Source of the DNA: Thermodesulfobacteriota bacterium
Lineage (GTDB): Bacteria > Desulfobacterota > Binatia > Bin18
Direction of reading: 5' to 3'
Assembly (NCBI GenBank): GCA_964291405.2
Contig: OZ219926.1
Coordinates: 288,001 to 352,000, forward strand
DNA: 64,000 nucleotides
Positions 21,158-32,804 of this stretch are shown in pieces (position 1 is the first letter of the stretch; each line of letters opens with the position of its first letter). A program made the translations under genes and the position numbers. The notes beneath the pieces were generated by a model, which worked only from the letters and a program-made list of their open reading frames with translations, searched no databases and had not been told where the DNA came from.

Positions 21158-22663
21158 ATGTTCAAACGTGTACTGATCGCAAACCGGGGAGAAATCGCCG
21201 TTCGAGTCATTCGCGCCTGCCGTGAACTCGGCATCGAGACCGTTGCCGTGTATTCAGACGCGGACCGCTCTGCCCTGCACGTCCAATACGCCGACCAAGC
21301 CTATCCGATTGGTCCGGCTCCGTCCTCAGAGAGCTATCTGGTGATTGAAAAAATTCTCGACGTGGCCAAGCGAAGCGGCGCGGATGCTGTTCATCCAGGT
21401 TATGGCTTTCTGTCTGAACGCGCGCCGTTTTCCAGAGCGTGTAGTGAGGCGGGTATTACCTTTATTGGACCGCACCCTGAGGCGATTGAAAAGATGGGCG
21501 ATAAGGTGACTGCGCGGGCCATTATGGAAGCGGCAAACGTCCCGGTGGTACCAGGCACCGACGTGTTAGGCGATGAGGACGATGTCGTTGCCGCCGCGGA
21601 AAAAGTTGGCTTTCCCGTCATGTTCAAAGCCTCAGCCGGTGGCGGCGGCAAAGGCATGCGGCTGGTCGAAAAAAAAGAGGATGTACTGTCCGCCCTGCGC
21701 GGGGTGCGCTCTGAGGCGCGGTCGTCGTTTGGCGATGACCGGATGTATATGGAGAAATTTGTTGAAAAGCCACGCCACGTTGAAGTCCAGGTATTGGGCG
21801 ATACGCACGGCAACATTATTCACTTGTACGAACGCGAATGTTCCCTGCAACGTCGGCACCAGAAAGTCATCGAAGAGTCACCCTCGACGGCAATCAATCA
21901 AGACGTCCGCGAGCAAATGGGCAAAGTTGCGGTTGAGGCGGCCAAGGCGGTGAACTATGTCGGGGCTGGAACTGTGGAGTTTTTGGTGGATGCCCGGCAG
22001 AACTTCTACTTCTTGGAGATGAATACCCGCATCCAGGTTGAGCATCCGATTACCGAACTTGTCACCGGAGTGGACTTGGTCAAGGCCCAGATCGAGATTG
22101 CGACCGGAGAGCCCCTGACCATACAGCAAGACGCGGTCCAGCAGCGCGGCTGGGCGATCGAATGTCGGATTTATGCCGAGGACCCGGCGCGAGACTTCTT
22201 TCCGTCCCCTGGGAAAATACAAATTTTACGCACTCCTGGCGGCTACGGCATCCGCGATGACAGCGGCGTGTATGAAGGCTGGGAGGTCCCGATCCATTAC
22301 GATCCCATGATCTCCAAGCTGTGTACCTATGGTCGCACCCGAGACGAAGCCATCCAACGTATGCTACGGGCGCTCCAGGAATACACCGTTGAAGGGATTA
22401 TCACCAATATTCCTTTTCACCGCTGGGCGCTGACCCATCCACGCTTTGTGTCAGGCGACTTGGACACTGGCTTTATTCCTCAGGAGTATGGAGGATTACC
22501 GGAAGAAGAAGACCACCTGCGGCATGAAATCATTCTGGCGGCGGCCGCCCTGGCGGCTTATCATAAGGAAAAAGACCTCGCCAAATCGGTCTCCAGCCCG
22601 CAGGGAAGCCCTGGCAACGTCTCGGCCTGGCGCGCCACAGGCTGGCGCGAAGGCGTCCGTTAG
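21158..22663 (+). CDS. accC: Biotin carboxylase subunit
   Basis: ANRGEIA, HPGYGFLSE, GGGGKGMR, ERECSLQRRHQK and FLEMNTRIQVEH. Confidence 0.93.
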   Translation: MFKRVLIANRGEIAVRVIRACRELGIETVAVYSDADRSALHVQYADQAYPIGPAPSSESYLVIEKILDVAKRSGADAVHPGYGFLSERAPFSRACSEAGITFIGPHPEAIEKMGDKVTARAIMEAANVPVVPGTDVLGDEDDVVAAAEKVGFPVMFKASAGGGGKGMRLVEKKEDVLSALRGVRSEARSSFGDDRMYMEKFVEKPRHVEVQVLGDTHGNIIHLYERECSLQRRHQKVIEESPSTAINQDVREQMGKVAVEAAKAVNYVGAGTVEFLVDARQNFYFLEMNTRIQVEHPITELVTGVDLVKAQIEIATGEPLTIQQDAVQQRGWAIECRIYAEDPARDFFPSPGKIQILRTPGGYGIRDDSGVYEGWEVPIHYDPMISKLCTYGRTRDEAIQRMLRALQEYTVEGIITNIPFHRWALTHPRFVSGDLDTGFIPQEYGGLPEEEDHLRHEIILAAAALAAYHKEKDLAKSVSSPQGSPGNVSAWRATGWREGVR

Positions 22664-22701
22664 CGAACGAAAGGCACCGCCCAAGCAAGGACTGCATCTC
22701 T

Positions 22702-23205
22702 ATGGCCTATAAAGCACTGCTCGGCGACCAGACCTATACCATCAGCGTCCACGAGTTGGACGAACACCAGTACAAAATCGTCATCGACGATGAAGAGCAT
22801 ATCATCGACGGCAGACGCTTGACCGGCCATATGTACTCGCTCATTGTTGAGCACAAGTCGTTTACCGTCGATGTGGCGGAAAAAGACGATGCGTATACCG
22901 TCGCCTATGAAGGCAAAAGTTTTCAGGTTGGGGTGCTCGATGAACGTAAGGCCCGCCGGGGCGGAGCCGGGGCGAGCCTTGGTGGAGCGGACGAGAAAGA
23001 TGTGTGTTCGATGATGCCGGGGAAAGTGGTCGAACTCCTGGTTCAGGCAGGCGATACCGTAGAAAAAGATCAGGGCGTCATCATCATCGAAGCAATGAAA
23101 ATGGAAAATGAAATCCGCGCTCCCGTTGCCGGAACGGTTAAAGCCGTTCACGTTGAGGCGGGTCAGGCGGTTGAGTCCGGAGAACTGCTCGTCGAACTTG
23201 AATAA
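22702..23205 (+). CDS. Biotin carboxyl carrier protein with N-terminal BT-like domain
   Basis: MPGKV and EAMKMENE biotinylation motif. Confidence 0.92.
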   Translation: MAYKALLGDQTYTISVHELDEHQYKIVIDDEEHIIDGRRLTGHMYSLIVEHKSFTVDVAEKDDAYTVAYEGKSFQVGVLDERKARRGGAGASLGGADEKDVCSMMPGKVVELLVQAGDTVEKDQGVIIIEAMKMENEIRAPVAGTVKAVHVEAGQAVESGELLVELE

Positions 23206-23253
23206 GTATCTCCTCGCAAGGTGGCTGCTTGCAGAGCCACACGATTCGCCGTT

Positions 23254-24921
23254 ATGAGCGAAGCCCTTTCTCCCGCAGACACGCAGAAGCTTGCCCCATT
23301 CTTTACCAATCTGACTGAACCCATCTTTGGCCTAAAGCTTCCCCAAGAGGTCGCCGGCGCCCTCTTCTCTCGCTATAGCCGGTCGTCAAAAAGCTTGCGT
23401 CAAATTTTTCTGGATGAATTTCTTGGCCAGGCGGACCTACAGGACAGTCTGTTTGGCGATGGAGCCGCTCCAAGCGACGATAGCCAAGCAATCCGAAAAG
23501 CACGGGCATTCTATGACCGAGTCCTCGTCGGCTATGGTGACGATTCGGTAGCTCAACTTGGTGGCGCGCACATCGCGTGTGAAGAGATTTCAAACGTTGC
23601 CGCCAAAATTCTTGAAGATGCCCGGATCGGCATCGCCCCGCTAGAGAAGTCGACCCGCTATGTCCGATTTGACAGCCACGGTCCTGACGGTGACTATCTC
23701 TTCTATAAGGAACCGACCATCATGGGCTCGTCGCATCGGGAGGCGTATCTCAGCTGTCTGCGCCACTTGTTCGAGACCTATGCCGCCCAAATCGAGCCCA
23801 TGATCGCCTTTGTGCGAGACAGTCTGCCCATCGACACTGTTGAGTGGAAACATCCGCAAACGGGCGATCCCCTCACCTATACAGAGGCACAGCGGGACGA
23901 AACTCTCAGAAGATGGGCCGAGGGAGCGTATCGCTCGACCGTCAGAGCACACGCCTGCGACATCCTGCGATCGTATCTCCCGGCAGCTACGCTAACAAAC
24001 GTTGGTATCTTCGGTGTCGGCCAGGCGTTTGAACACCTGCTCAACAAGCTGTATTCGCTTGACCTAGCCGAGGCTCAGGACCTTGCCAAGCCTATGCACA
24101 AAGCCCTAGAGGCGCTCATTCCGTCTTTTGTCAAACGCGCCCAGCCTAACGAATATTTGGTGCAAACAGCGGTGGATACCCGAGCATTGTCGCAGACACT
24201 CCTGGACGGACAGACCGTTCAATCGACTGGGCCGGTCAGTCTCGTCGATTACGACCGGAACGCTGAGGATCGCATCCTGACGGCCATTCTCTACTCGAAT
24301 GCGCGCCTGCCGCTCGGTCAGGTGCGCTCCCTGGTGAAAAAACTTCCGGCTGAACAACGGGGACAGGTCTTCGACACCTACATCGGACAACGCCGGCATC
24401 GCCGTGACAAACCCGGTCGGGCACTTGAGCATGCATACTATACCTTCGATATCATTGGTAATTTGGGTATTTACCGTGATCTCCAACGGCATAGAATCCT
24501 CACCCAGGAGCGCCAGGATTTCACCACCGTGCATGGATATGACACGCCGCCTGAGATTGAGCAAGCCGGATTTCAGTCATCGTTTACGGAGTGCATGGAA
24601 CGGGCGGCCGCAGTGTACGAGCGAATCTTCGCGGATTTTCCAGCCGAGGCTCAATACGTCGTGCCGTTTGCCTATCGGGTCCGGTGGTATATGAAGCTCA
24701 ACCTGCGCGAGGCCATTCATATGGGGGAACTCCGCACCCTGCCGCAAGGCCACCCCGACTATCGCATTATTGTCCAGGAGATGTGGCGGCTCATCGGCAA
24801 GGTCCACCCGGCCCTCGCCCGGAGTGCCACCTTCCTCGATTGGCAGACTTACCGCCTAGGTCGTCTCCAGTCTGAAATGCGGACCGAGTATAAAAAGTCT
24901 CGGCTTACTCCGGCCACTTGA
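23254..24921 (+). CDS. thyX: FAD-dependent thymidylate synthase, tandem two-domain form
   Basis: ALFSRYSRS, GYGDDSVAQL, EKSTRY, RDLQRHR and ELRT.PQGH.DYR. Confidence 0.88.
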   Translation: MSEALSPADTQKLAPFFTNLTEPIFGLKLPQEVAGALFSRYSRSSKSLRQIFLDEFLGQADLQDSLFGDGAAPSDDSQAIRKARAFYDRVLVGYGDDSVAQLGGAHIACEEISNVAAKILEDARIGIAPLEKSTRYVRFDSHGPDGDYLFYKEPTIMGSSHREAYLSCLRHLFETYAAQIEPMIAFVRDSLPIDTVEWKHPQTGDPLTYTEAQRDETLRRWAEGAYRSTVRAHACDILRSYLPAATLTNVGIFGVGQAFEHLLNKLYSLDLAEAQDLAKPMHKALEALIPSFVKRAQPNEYLVQTAVDTRALSQTLLDGQTVQSTGPVSLVDYDRNAEDRILTAILYSNARLPLGQVRSLVKKLPAEQRGQVFDTYIGQRRHRRDKPGRALEHAYYTFDIIGNLGIYRDLQRHRILTQERQDFTTVHGYDTPPEIEQAGFQSSFTECMERAAAVYERIFADFPAEAQYVVPFAYRVRWYMKLNLREAIHMGELRTLPQGHPDYRIIVQEMWRLIGKVHPALARSATFLDWQTYRLGRLQSEMRTEYKKSRLTPAT

Positions 24922-25579
24922 CCTGATGCTCTTGGGCCATGAAGTTGGTAATGAACGCTTGATCCAGGAATTTCGCTCCATCTGGCCATGAACCTTCGGT
25001 AAATTCTTTTGAATTGACCAGCGTATCCCACGCCGCCAGATCTTCGACCCAGAGTTGGGCCACGCCGTCCCATTTCGGCTCGGCATAGTTATAGGCCGCG
25101 TCGATGGTATGGCACTGCACATAGCGCTGGAGCCCCGGTAGCTCACACACGATCGGACCGTGGACCTCAATCCAGTATTTTCGAAAGTCTTCAAGGTTCA
25201 TGCCCGGCTTTCGTTTGAGTTGAAAAATGCCCTTCACCTGCCGTGGGGTTTGCGGGCCGTCCTTGATGACGCGGTCTTGTGTCACCAACCATTCCACGCG
25301 GTTCATATCGATGAAATTGGGTTCATCGACGAGCGCACCGTTCACATATTCGGCACTCGTGCGCAAAGCATCCATTGCGGCTTGGTCCTCAATCCAGGCT
25401 TCCGCCGCCCCATCATAGGGAGAGTTCGTTCCCTCCACCGGAATACGGTGACTCTGCTCATACCGCCACGTCTGAGCAATGCGCGCGGCAATCGGTCCGT
25501 GGGTGTCCTTCCAATAGCGATGAAACTCCTCATCACTCAAAGATGGCTTTCTGGTAATGAAATAGAGCAGGTGCAGCAT
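24905..25579 (-). CDS. Tandem EthD-domain protein
   Basis: Two repeats of RKP.(L/M)S/N.E.F..YW...HGP....Y.Q.H...(Y/W)DG.A..W; RBS AGGAGG. Confidence 0.85.
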   Translation of the reverse strand: MLHLLYFITRKPSLSDEEFHRYWKDTHGPIAARIAQTWRYEQSHRIPVEGTNSPYDGAAEAWIEDQAAMDALRTSAEYVNGALVDEPNFIDMNRVEWLVTQDRVIKDGPQTPRQVKGIFQLKRKPGMNLEDFRKYWIEVHGPIVCELPGLQRYVQCHTIDAAYNYAEPKWDGVAQLWVEDLAAWDTLVNSKEFTEGSWPDGAKFLDQAFITNFMAQEHQVKWPE

Positions 25580-25663
25580 GTCTTGTCCTCCTTTATATCT
25601 ATGCCTACTCGCTGTCTTGTATACTTTTGGAGCAGCCTGGACAAACGCTTCGTAGGGCGGGTG

Positions 25664-26245
25664 TCACCTCGACTCCGTCGTGGACAGCTTCTCTTCCTGT
25701 TCATTAAACCACCTGAAGGCGCGCGATAAATACTGAAATCCCGAGACAGTGACGGTGGCTCCGGCAAGAATTTCACTTGTGTCCCGGAGGAGTGGGATTT
25801 GCCAGGCAGCATTATGCAGGGCGACCAGAGCCATGATGACCGTCAACAACTGAAAAAAAGTACTGGCCTTTCCAATAAGCGTCGGTCGAACTTCGATAGC
25901 GTGACCCGTAACAAAAAACAGCACACTATAGCCGATCAGAATAATCACATCCCGCATGATGACCAGGACCGCAAGCCAGCGAGGAATATCACCTAAAAAG
26001 GCGAGAATGACAAAGGAGCTCACCAGGAGCAATTTATCGGCCAGGGGATCAATGAAAGCGCCTAATGTCGTGCGCGCGTCCAGCCAGCGAGCAAGTAAGC
26101 CATCCAGAGAGTCGGTAATGCCCGCCAGAATGAAGACGATCAGCGCTTCGGTGTACCGTTCGTCCACCAGCAGGATCAAAAAGACCGGAATCGCCCCTAT
26201 GCGTAATAGGGTAATGAAATTTGGAAGATTGAGTACAGAGAACAC
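25664..26245 (-). CDS. pgsA: CDP-alcohol phosphatidyltransferase (PgsA-like)
   Basis: NLPN.IT..R and TDSLDGLLAR...T.LGAFIDPLADK signature. Confidence 0.8.
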   Translation of the reverse strand: MFSVLNLPNFITLLRIGAIPVFLILLVDERYTEALIVFILAGITDSLDGLLARWLDARTTLGAFIDPLADKLLLVSSFVILAFLGDIPRWLAVLVIMRDVIILIGYSVLFFVTGHAIEVRPTLIGKASTFFQLLTVIMALVALHNAAWQIPLLRDTSEILAGATVTVSGFQYLSRAFRWFNEQEEKLSTTESR

Positions 26246-26274
26246 CGGGAATCAGGAATCCTCTTCTTTAATAT

Positions 26275-27672
26275 CTAGGCCTTAGCGCTCAGGTCAGCCT
26301 GGGCCAGACGTTTCTTGAGTTGGCCTGCTACTTTTGCCGAGACCCGCGTCGCCACCTGCACGCCGGTCTCCGTATACGTTTCTTCTATCACTGTTCCGCT
26401 GCGCCGCAACCAGGCCATCAACTCCCCACTGCCAAGCGGCACCTCAACCTCGATCACCTCTTGATCAAGGGTACACAGCCGAGCGATTTCCTCTACCAGT
26501 GGGTCGATGCCTATCCCCTGCTTTGCAGAGATGCGAAACTCCCTATCTTGGTCATACTCTCGTCCGTTCGTGACACGCGCCGGGGGAGAACTCCACCAGT
26601 CGTCCGTATCGAATTCGTCATCGTAGTGGACTTTCACATCTGCCGGCTGCGTCAGCCTGTCAATCTTATTGAACACGGTAATGGTCGGTTTATTCCGTAC
26701 TCCCATGTCTTCGAGCACACGTTCAGCAATACTTTGATGCTCGGACCAACGCGGATGGGTCGCATCAATCACGTGCAGCAGTACGTCCGCTGTCCGTATC
26801 TCTTCCAGCGTCCCTCTGAACGCGTCCACGAGTTGGTGCGGAAGTTTATTGATCAGTCCGACCGTGTCAGTGATGAGTGCAGATTGACCGTTGGGTAGAT
26901 CAAGCCGGCGGCTCGTTGGGTCCAGCGTAGCAAACAGCTTGTCTTCGACAAAGACCTCGGCCTGGGTCAACCGATTCATCAATGTCGATTTTCCCGCATT
27001 GGTATAGCCAACTAGCGCAACGCAGGGGAAGGGAACCCGAGCCCGTTCCTGCCGGTGCAGGGAGCGGGTACGTTCGACCTCGTGCAGCTTGCGGCGCAAG
27101 GTAGCAATGCGCTCGCGAATACGGCGCCGGTCCACCTCAAGCTGCGATTCACCAGGGCCACGTGTCCCTACCCCGCCACCCAGGCGCGACAGATGGGTCC
27201 ATTGGCGCGTGAGTCGGGGACGCAGGTATTCAAGCTGGGCCAACTCAACTTGTAATTTACCCGCTTGGCTGTGGGCACGTTGAGCAAAGATGTCAAGGAT
27301 TAGTTGGCTTCGGTCGATGACCTTACAGCCTAACGCGCGTTCCAGATTGCGCTGCTGAGCCGGAGACAAGCTCTCGTCAAAGATAACAACTCCGGCCTGG
27401 AGTTCCTCCTGGAGTCGTTTCACTTCCTCAATCTTGCCGGCCCCAATAAACGAGGCGGGATGGACCCCTGTGCGCAAATATTGAATAGTCTGGCCTGAGA
27501 CCGTCAGACCGGCGGTTTCGCTCAGGCGGGCAAGTTCTTCGATCGATTCTTGCGCTGAGAAGAGCCCGGCTCCTGTCTCTCCATTTAGTCCCCCAGAGTC
27601 TGCGCCAACAAGAAAAGCGCGCTCCGGCGGTGGAGTACATTCAGATGCGTGTCGACGGCGACGGCCAGCCAC
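26275..27672 (-). CDS. hflX: Ribosome-splitting GTPase HflX
   Basis: [42 protein letters not shown] and NKID. Confidence 0.96.
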   Translation of the reverse strand: MAGRRRRHASECTPPPERAFLVGADSGGLNGETGAGLFSAQESIEELARLSETAGLTVSGQTIQYLRTGVHPASFIGAGKIEEVKRLQEELQAGVVIFDESLSPAQQRNLERALGCKVIDRSQLILDIFAQRAHSQAGKLQVELAQLEYLRPRLTRQWTHLSRLGGGVGTRGPGESQLEVDRRRIRERIATLRRKLHEVERTRSLHRQERARVPFPCVALVGYTNAGKSTLMNRLTQAEVFVEDKLFATLDPTSRRLDLPNGQSALITDTVGLINKLPHQLVDAFRGTLEEIRTADVLLHVIDATHPRWSEHQSIAERVLEDMGVRNKPTITVFNKIDRLTQPADVKVHYDDEFDTDDWWSSPPARVTNGREYDQDREFRISAKQGIGIDPLVEEIARLCTLDQEVIEVEVPLGSGELMAWLRRSGTVIEETYTETGVQVATRVSAKVAGQLKKRLAQADLSAKA

Positions 27673-27706
27673 AGGAGATTATCTCCCCTTCTTTCCTGTG
27701 CGCACG

Positions 27707-30700
27707 CTACTGAAACGAGGCGACGCCGCGGTCAAATAACTGTTCGATATCCGTCCGCATCTCTGCGGTCGGCGCAACCTTGAGTTGTTCCGGCAATGAG
27801 ATGATCGTTTCGGAATGGTCCGCATGGAGCACGTGCAAAAACGTCCGACACTGGCCCTGGTGTTTTGTCAGGACCGTCTTGAGCTCAACGATATCTTCCT
27901 TGGTCGTACTGTCGGCCGACACTTGGATATGGACCTGCTTGACCTCGGCTTTCGCTACAGAGTCGAGCGGTACAATCTCATTGGCAATAATTTGACACCG
28001 CTCCTCATCGACATCGAGTGAACCGCTCACCAGTACCGGCTGTTCGGAATGGACTTCGGCTTCATGACGCCGATAGGCTTCCGGCCACACAATGACTTCA
28101 ACGCCCCCGGCCTTATCCTCCAGGGTATAAGTCGCGTAGCGGTCTCCTTTTTTGTTGTTCTTGAGTTTCAGCGACTGAACCACGCCGGCGAGACGGACTT
28201 TCTCTTGATGATTGCGTCCTTTGAGGTCCGCCGTGGTCAGAGAGGTCACGCCGTGCAGGCGCCCAACATATTTATCCAGCGGGTGGCCAGTAATAAAAAA
28301 GCCGAGCGTCTCACGCTCCTTATTCAGCTTCTCGATATCTGACCATTCTTCAGTCTGGGGCAATTCAGGCTGGGCCGGGTCCGCTCCACCATTTACAAAT
28401 AAGCCCATCTGATTGGCATTGCTGTGACCACTCGCCTTTTGGGCAGCCCAGCGCATAACGTCTTCAATACCGGCCAGGAGCTGGGCACGGGGCGTCTGAA
28501 ACGAGTCAAACGCCCCACATTTAATTAAACTTTCCATTACTCGTTTATTCGCTTGCGCACTCTGCACCCGAGTACAAAAGTCATGGACATCCGTAAAGGG
28601 TCCGTCCTGGCGGGCTTCCTGAATCACCTCAATCGCCTTCGACCCGATACCCTTCACCGCGCCAAGTCCAAAGCGAATGGTCTGGCCACGAACGGTAAAA
28701 TCCTCACCGCTTTCATTCACATCGGGTGGAAGCACCGGGATATTATGCACTCGGCATTCTGCCATGTTTTTATACGTTTTATTGGTATCGCCCATTTCCA
28801 GGCTAGTGAGTGCCGCCATGAATTCCTGCGGGAAGTGGGCTTTCAAATACGCGGTTTGATAGGAAATCAGGGCATAGGAGGCTGCATGAGACTTATTGAA
28901 TCCATACGCGGCAAACGTCTCCATGGCGTCAAAAATTTCTCCAGCGAGTTTATCCTTAATCTTATTCTCCGATGCGCCCTTCAAGAATTTCGTCCGCTCC
29001 TCCTGCATGACTTCCTTTTTCTTTTTTCCCATGGCGCGGCGCAGATTATCCGCATCACTCAAGGAGTACCCGGCCAGGGTCTGCGCGATCTGCATGACCT
29101 GCTCTTGGTAAATCGTCACTCCGTAGGTTTCTTTGAGAACGGGTTCAAGTAAAGGGTGAGGATAGGACACCGCCTCTTTGCCATGTTTGCGCTTAATAAA
29201 CTGTTCGGCTGCACCGCTGTCGAGCGGTCCGGGGCGAAACAGCGCAATCACGGCAAAGATGTCTTCAAAGCAACTCGGCTTGAGCTGAATGATCAGCTTG
29301 CGAATGCCACTACCCTCCATCTGGAAAACGCCGACCGTGTCTCCTCGGGTCAGCGAGCGATAGGTCTGCCGGTCGTCAATCGGAATCGTATGCAGATCAA
29401 TGGCAATGCCTCGGCTCTGTTTAATCCGCCACACGACATCGTGAATCAGCGTCAATGTTTTTAAGCCAAGAAAATCGAACTTGATCAGCCCAATGGTATC
29501 GACATCTGGGCCGGCATATTGGGTCAGGACATTCTTCTCCTTGTCAACATAGAGCGGCAGGTGCTCAACCAGAGGGGTGGGTGCAATCACAATCCCAGCC
29601 GCGTGTTTCGAGGCATGGCGCAATAAGCCTTCGAGTTTCAGGGAGTGGGCAAAGAGCTTCTGCTCACGCTCCCCATGTTCGCGCACCTCACGCAGCCGCG
29701 GCTCCATATCGAGCGCGGTTTCCAGCGGGTGATCTTTGCCCTGTTTTGGTGCGGGATAGAGTTTTGCAATACGGTCGGTTTCACCGTACGAGAACTCCAA
29801 GGCACGGCCTACGTCTTTAATCGCTTGTTTGCCTTTGAGGGTTCCGAACGTAATGATCTGGGCGACCTTGTCCTCGCCATATTTGTCCTTGATATAACGA
29901 ATGACCTCGTCCCGCCGCTCGTAGCAGAAGTCCACATCGATATCGGGCATACTCTTCCGGCCCGGATTCAGAAACCGTTCAAAAAGCAACTGATAGCGGA
30001 TGGGGTCAATGTCCGTAATCTTGAGCGCATAGGCGACTAGGCTGCCCGCCGCCGACCCACGGCCCGGACCAACCGGAATCCCCTGTGACCGGGCATAGCC
30101 AATGAAGTCAGCCACAATCAGGAAGTAGCCAGGAAAGCCCATTTCCCCAATGACTTTGAGTTCATAGTCCAGGCGGTCTCGATATACCTGTTCTTTGGCG
30201 CTCTCCCAACCTTCCGCGGTGCGCAGGGGTTCGAGGCGTTCTTCCAGGCCTTCGCGAGCCGTCTGTTCCAAACAGTCTTCCAGCGTCCCACCGGACTGCA
30301 CATCATAGTTCGGGAAATAGAAGTTGCCAAAGGACAAGTCGAGGTTACACCGGTCTGCGACTTCGACGGTATTGGCAATCGCGTCGGGACAATGGGAAAA
30401 CTCTGCGGCCATTTCCTCCGGGGTTTTGACGTAGAGTTGGTCGGTCCCGAACCGCCAGCGATTCTCGTCGGACATGACCTTGGCACTCTGGACGCACAGC
30501 AGGACTTCGTGGGCTTCAGCATCCTCGGCTTTCAGGTAATGACAATCATTGGTAGCAATCAGGGGGAGCGAGAGCTGACGGGCCAGTTCGATCAGGGCCG
30601 GGTTGACCTTTTCCTGTTCCGGTAGATGATTGGCCTGAATCTCGACATAAAAGCGATTATTAAAAATCGACGCGTATTCTTCGGCTGCGGCCCGGGCGCG

Positions 30701-31174
30701 CCTGCCATCGTCCCGCAACATGGCGCGGGCCAGTTCGCCGCTGAGGCAGCCGGACAGGGCAATCAGGCCGCCATTGAGTTCGCGCAGCAGCCCGCGGTCA
30801 ACGCGAGGTTTGCGGTAAAAGCCTTCGGTGAATCCGGCTGTCACCAAGCGGCACAGATTCCGATAGCCCTCCAGATTCATGGCCAGCAGAATCAGATGAA
30901 AATTCCCGCCATGCTCCAAGTCCTCCGCGCCCCTAGGCTGCTTATCGAAGCGGCTCTTAGGCGCAACATACATCTCACAGCCAATAATAGGTTTAACGCC
31001 GTGGCTGGCCGCGGTCCGGTAGAAATCGATCGCGCCAAACATATTGCCATGATCGGTCATGGCCACCGCTGACATGCCATGTTTAGCCACCCGCGGCATC
31101 AGGTGCGAGACCTTGTTGGCCCCGTCCAGCAAGCTGTACTGCGTGTGCAAATGGAGATGTACAAACTCCTTCAC
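27707..31174 (-). CDS. dnaE: DNA polymerase III alpha subunit
   Basis: HLHLHTQYSLLDG PHP domain, GRGSAAGS, MPDIDVDF, KFDFLGL and YGFNKSH; no intein seen. Confidence 0.98.
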   Translation of the reverse strand: MKEFVHLHLHTQYSLLDGANKVSHLMPRVAKHGMSAVAMTDHGNMFGAIDFYRTAASHGVKPIIGCEMYVAPKSRFDKQPRGAEDLEHGGNFHLILLAMNLEGYRNLCRLVTAGFTEGFYRKPRVDRGLLRELNGGLIALSGCLSGELARAMLRDDGRRARAAAEEYASIFNNRFYVEIQANHLPEQEKVNPALIELARQLSLPLIATNDCHYLKAEDAEAHEVLLCVQSAKVMSDENRWRFGTDQLYVKTPEEMAAEFSHCPDAIANTVEVADRCNLDLSFGNFYFPNYDVQSGGTLEDCLEQTAREGLEERLEPLRTAEGWESAKEQVYRDRLDYELKVIGEMGFPGYFLIVADFIGYARSQGIPVGPGRGSAAGSLVAYALKITDIDPIRYQLLFERFLNPGRKSMPDIDVDFCYERRDEVIRYIKDKYGEDKVAQIITFGTLKGKQAIKDVGRALEFSYGETDRIAKLYPAPKQGKDHPLETALDMEPRLREVREHGEREQKLFAHSLKLEGLLRHASKHAAGIVIAPTPLVEHLPLYVDKEKNVLTQYAGPDVDTIGLIKFDFLGLKTLTLIHDVVWRIKQSRGIAIDLHTIPIDDRQTYRSLTRGDTVGVFQMEGSGIRKLIIQLKPSCFEDIFAVIALFRPGPLDSGAAEQFIKRKHGKEAVSYPHPLLEPVLKETYGVTIYQEQVMQIAQTLAGYSLSDADNLRRAMGKKKKEVMQEERTKFLKGASENKIKDKLAGEIFDAMETFAAYGFNKSHAASYALISYQTAYLKAHFPQEFMAALTSLEMGDTNKTYKNMAECRVHNIPVLPPDVNESGEDFTVRGQTIRFGLGAVKGIGSKAIEVIQEARQDGPFTDVHDFCTRVQSAQANKRVMESLIKCGAFDSFQTPRAQLLAGIEDVMRWAAQKASGHSNANQMGLFVNGGADPAQPELPQTEEWSDIEKLNKERETLGFFITGHPLDKYVGRLHGVTSLTTADLKGRNHQEKVRLAGVVQSLKLKNNKKGDRYATYTLEDKAGGVEVIVWPEAYRRHEAEVHSEQPVLVSGSLDVDEERCQIIANEIVPLDSVAKAEVKQVHIQVSADSTTKEDIVELKTVLTKHQGQCRTFLHVLHADHSETIISLPEQLKVAPTAEMRTDIEQLFDRGVASFQ

Positions 31175-31186
31175 TGCATCCTCCCC

Positions 31187-32725
31187 TCACTCCCATTCAA
31201 TGGTTGCCGGTGGTTTGGAAGAAATATCGTAGACGACCCGGTTGATGCCTCGGACTTCGTTAATGATACGATTAGATATCGTACCCAACAGCTCACCGGG
31301 CAGGCGCGCCCAGTCCGCTGTCATACCATCCACACTCTCAACGGCCCGGATGGCCACAACATACTCATACGTCCGCGCATCACCCATGACGCCAACCGTC
31401 TTGACCGGTAATAACACGGCAAAGGCCTGCCAGACCCGATCATAATAGCCCGCGGCCCGGATTTCCTCGTCGACAATGGCGTCCGAGGCACGGAGCAGGT
31501 CCAGGAGCTCGGTCCGTACCGGACCGAGTATACGAATCGCTAAACCCGGCCCAGGAAAAGGCTGGCGTCCGACGATGTCTTCGGGAAGACCAAGCAGCCG
31601 GCCCAGCCCACGCGCTTCGTCTTTGAATAATTCTCGCAGCGGTTCCACCAAGCTGAGCCGCATCCGTTCCGGCAGACCGCCGACATTGTGATGACTCTTG
31701 ATGGTGGCCGCCGGCCCCTTAAAGGAAACGGACTCAATCACGTCAGGATACAGCGTTCCTTGGGCCAGGAATTCCACATCCGGCAGCGAAGCCGCTTCTT
31801 CTTCGAAGACCTCAATAAAGACGTGGCCAATAATGCGTCGCTTGTGTTCTGGATCGTCGACCCCAGCGAGGCGCTCAAGAAAACGCTCAGAGGCGTTGAC
31901 TGGCCGGATATTCAGTCCCAGTTGGGAGAATAGGCGCACGACGCTGTCCGCCTCGCCCTGACGCAAGAGGCCGTTGTCAACAAAAATACAGGTCAGACGG
32001 TCGCCAACCGCCCGATGTATCAAGAGAGCGACAACGGCTGAATCCACACCTCCGCTCAGGCCACACACGACCCGTTTGTCTCCAACCTGGTCACGAATGC
32101 GCCGGATTTCGCGTTCGATAAATCCCTCCATCGTCCAGTCCTCAGCACAGCCACAAATCCGGAAAAGGAAATTATGCAGGATGTCTTTCCCCCGTTCGGT
32201 ATGGACAACTTCGGGGTGAAACTGGACGCCAAAATACCGGCCAGAATCATCGCGGCAGGCGGCTATAGGTGAGTTGTCCGAATGGGCTAGGACCGTCCAG
32301 CCTGTTGGCAGGGATTCCATTTTGTCGCCGTGGCTCATCCAGACCTGAGTCGCTACCGTAGACGAGAAACCGGCGAAAAGGTCGGTCGCATCGTCAATAA
32401 CCAGTTGGGCCGGACCAAACTCACGACGGTCCGCCTGAGCAACCTGCCCCCCAGCCAGTTGGTGCAGAACACCCATGCCGTAGCAGATCCCCAAAAACGG
32501 AACCGGAATACCAAGGATTGGAGCGGCGAGCGCTGGAGCGTCTTCATCGTACACGCTGGCAGGCCCTCCCGATAGGATAATCCCTTCGGGATTCATGGCT
32601 TGAATACGGTCCACGGAAATATTGTATGGATGGATCTCGCAGTAGACGTGCGCCTCGCGAATGCGTCGGGCAATCAGCTGGGTATACTGACTACCGAAGT
32701 CAAGAACTAGAATCATAACTGCCAA
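31187..32725 (-). CDS. guaA: GMP synthase (glutamine-hydrolysing)
   Basis: [39 protein letters not shown] and KPPATIEWE. The start may be ATG 32716. Confidence 0.98.
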   Translation of the reverse strand: MAVMILVLDFGSQYTQLIARRIREAHVYCEIHPYNISVDRIQAMNPEGIILSGGPASVYDEDAPALAAPILGIPVPFLGICYGMGVLHQLAGGQVAQADRREFGPAQLVIDDATDLFAGFSSTVATQVWMSHGDKMESLPTGWTVLAHSDNSPIAACRDDSGRYFGVQFHPEVVHTERGKDILHNFLFRICGCAEDWTMEGFIEREIRRIRDQVGDKRVVCGLSGGVDSAVVALLIHRAVGDRLTCIFVDNGLLRQGEADSVVRLFSQLGLNIRPVNASERFLERLAGVDDPEHKRRIIGHVFIEVFEEEAASLPDVEFLAQGTLYPDVIESVSFKGPAATIKSHHNVGGLPERMRLSLVEPLRELFKDEARGLGRLLGLPEDIVGRQPFPGPGLAIRILGPVRTELLDLLRASDAIVDEEIRAAGYYDRVWQAFAVLLPVKTVGVMGDARTYEYVVAIRAVESVDGMTADWARLPGELLGTISNRIINEVRGINRVVYDISSKPPATIEWE

Positions 32726-32804
32726 TCACAGATGTTCGCCTGGTATGGCCGGCCATCCCCTCACCAGCGACTATGGACCTCTGCGCCCATAGCCAGTACA
32801 ACCA

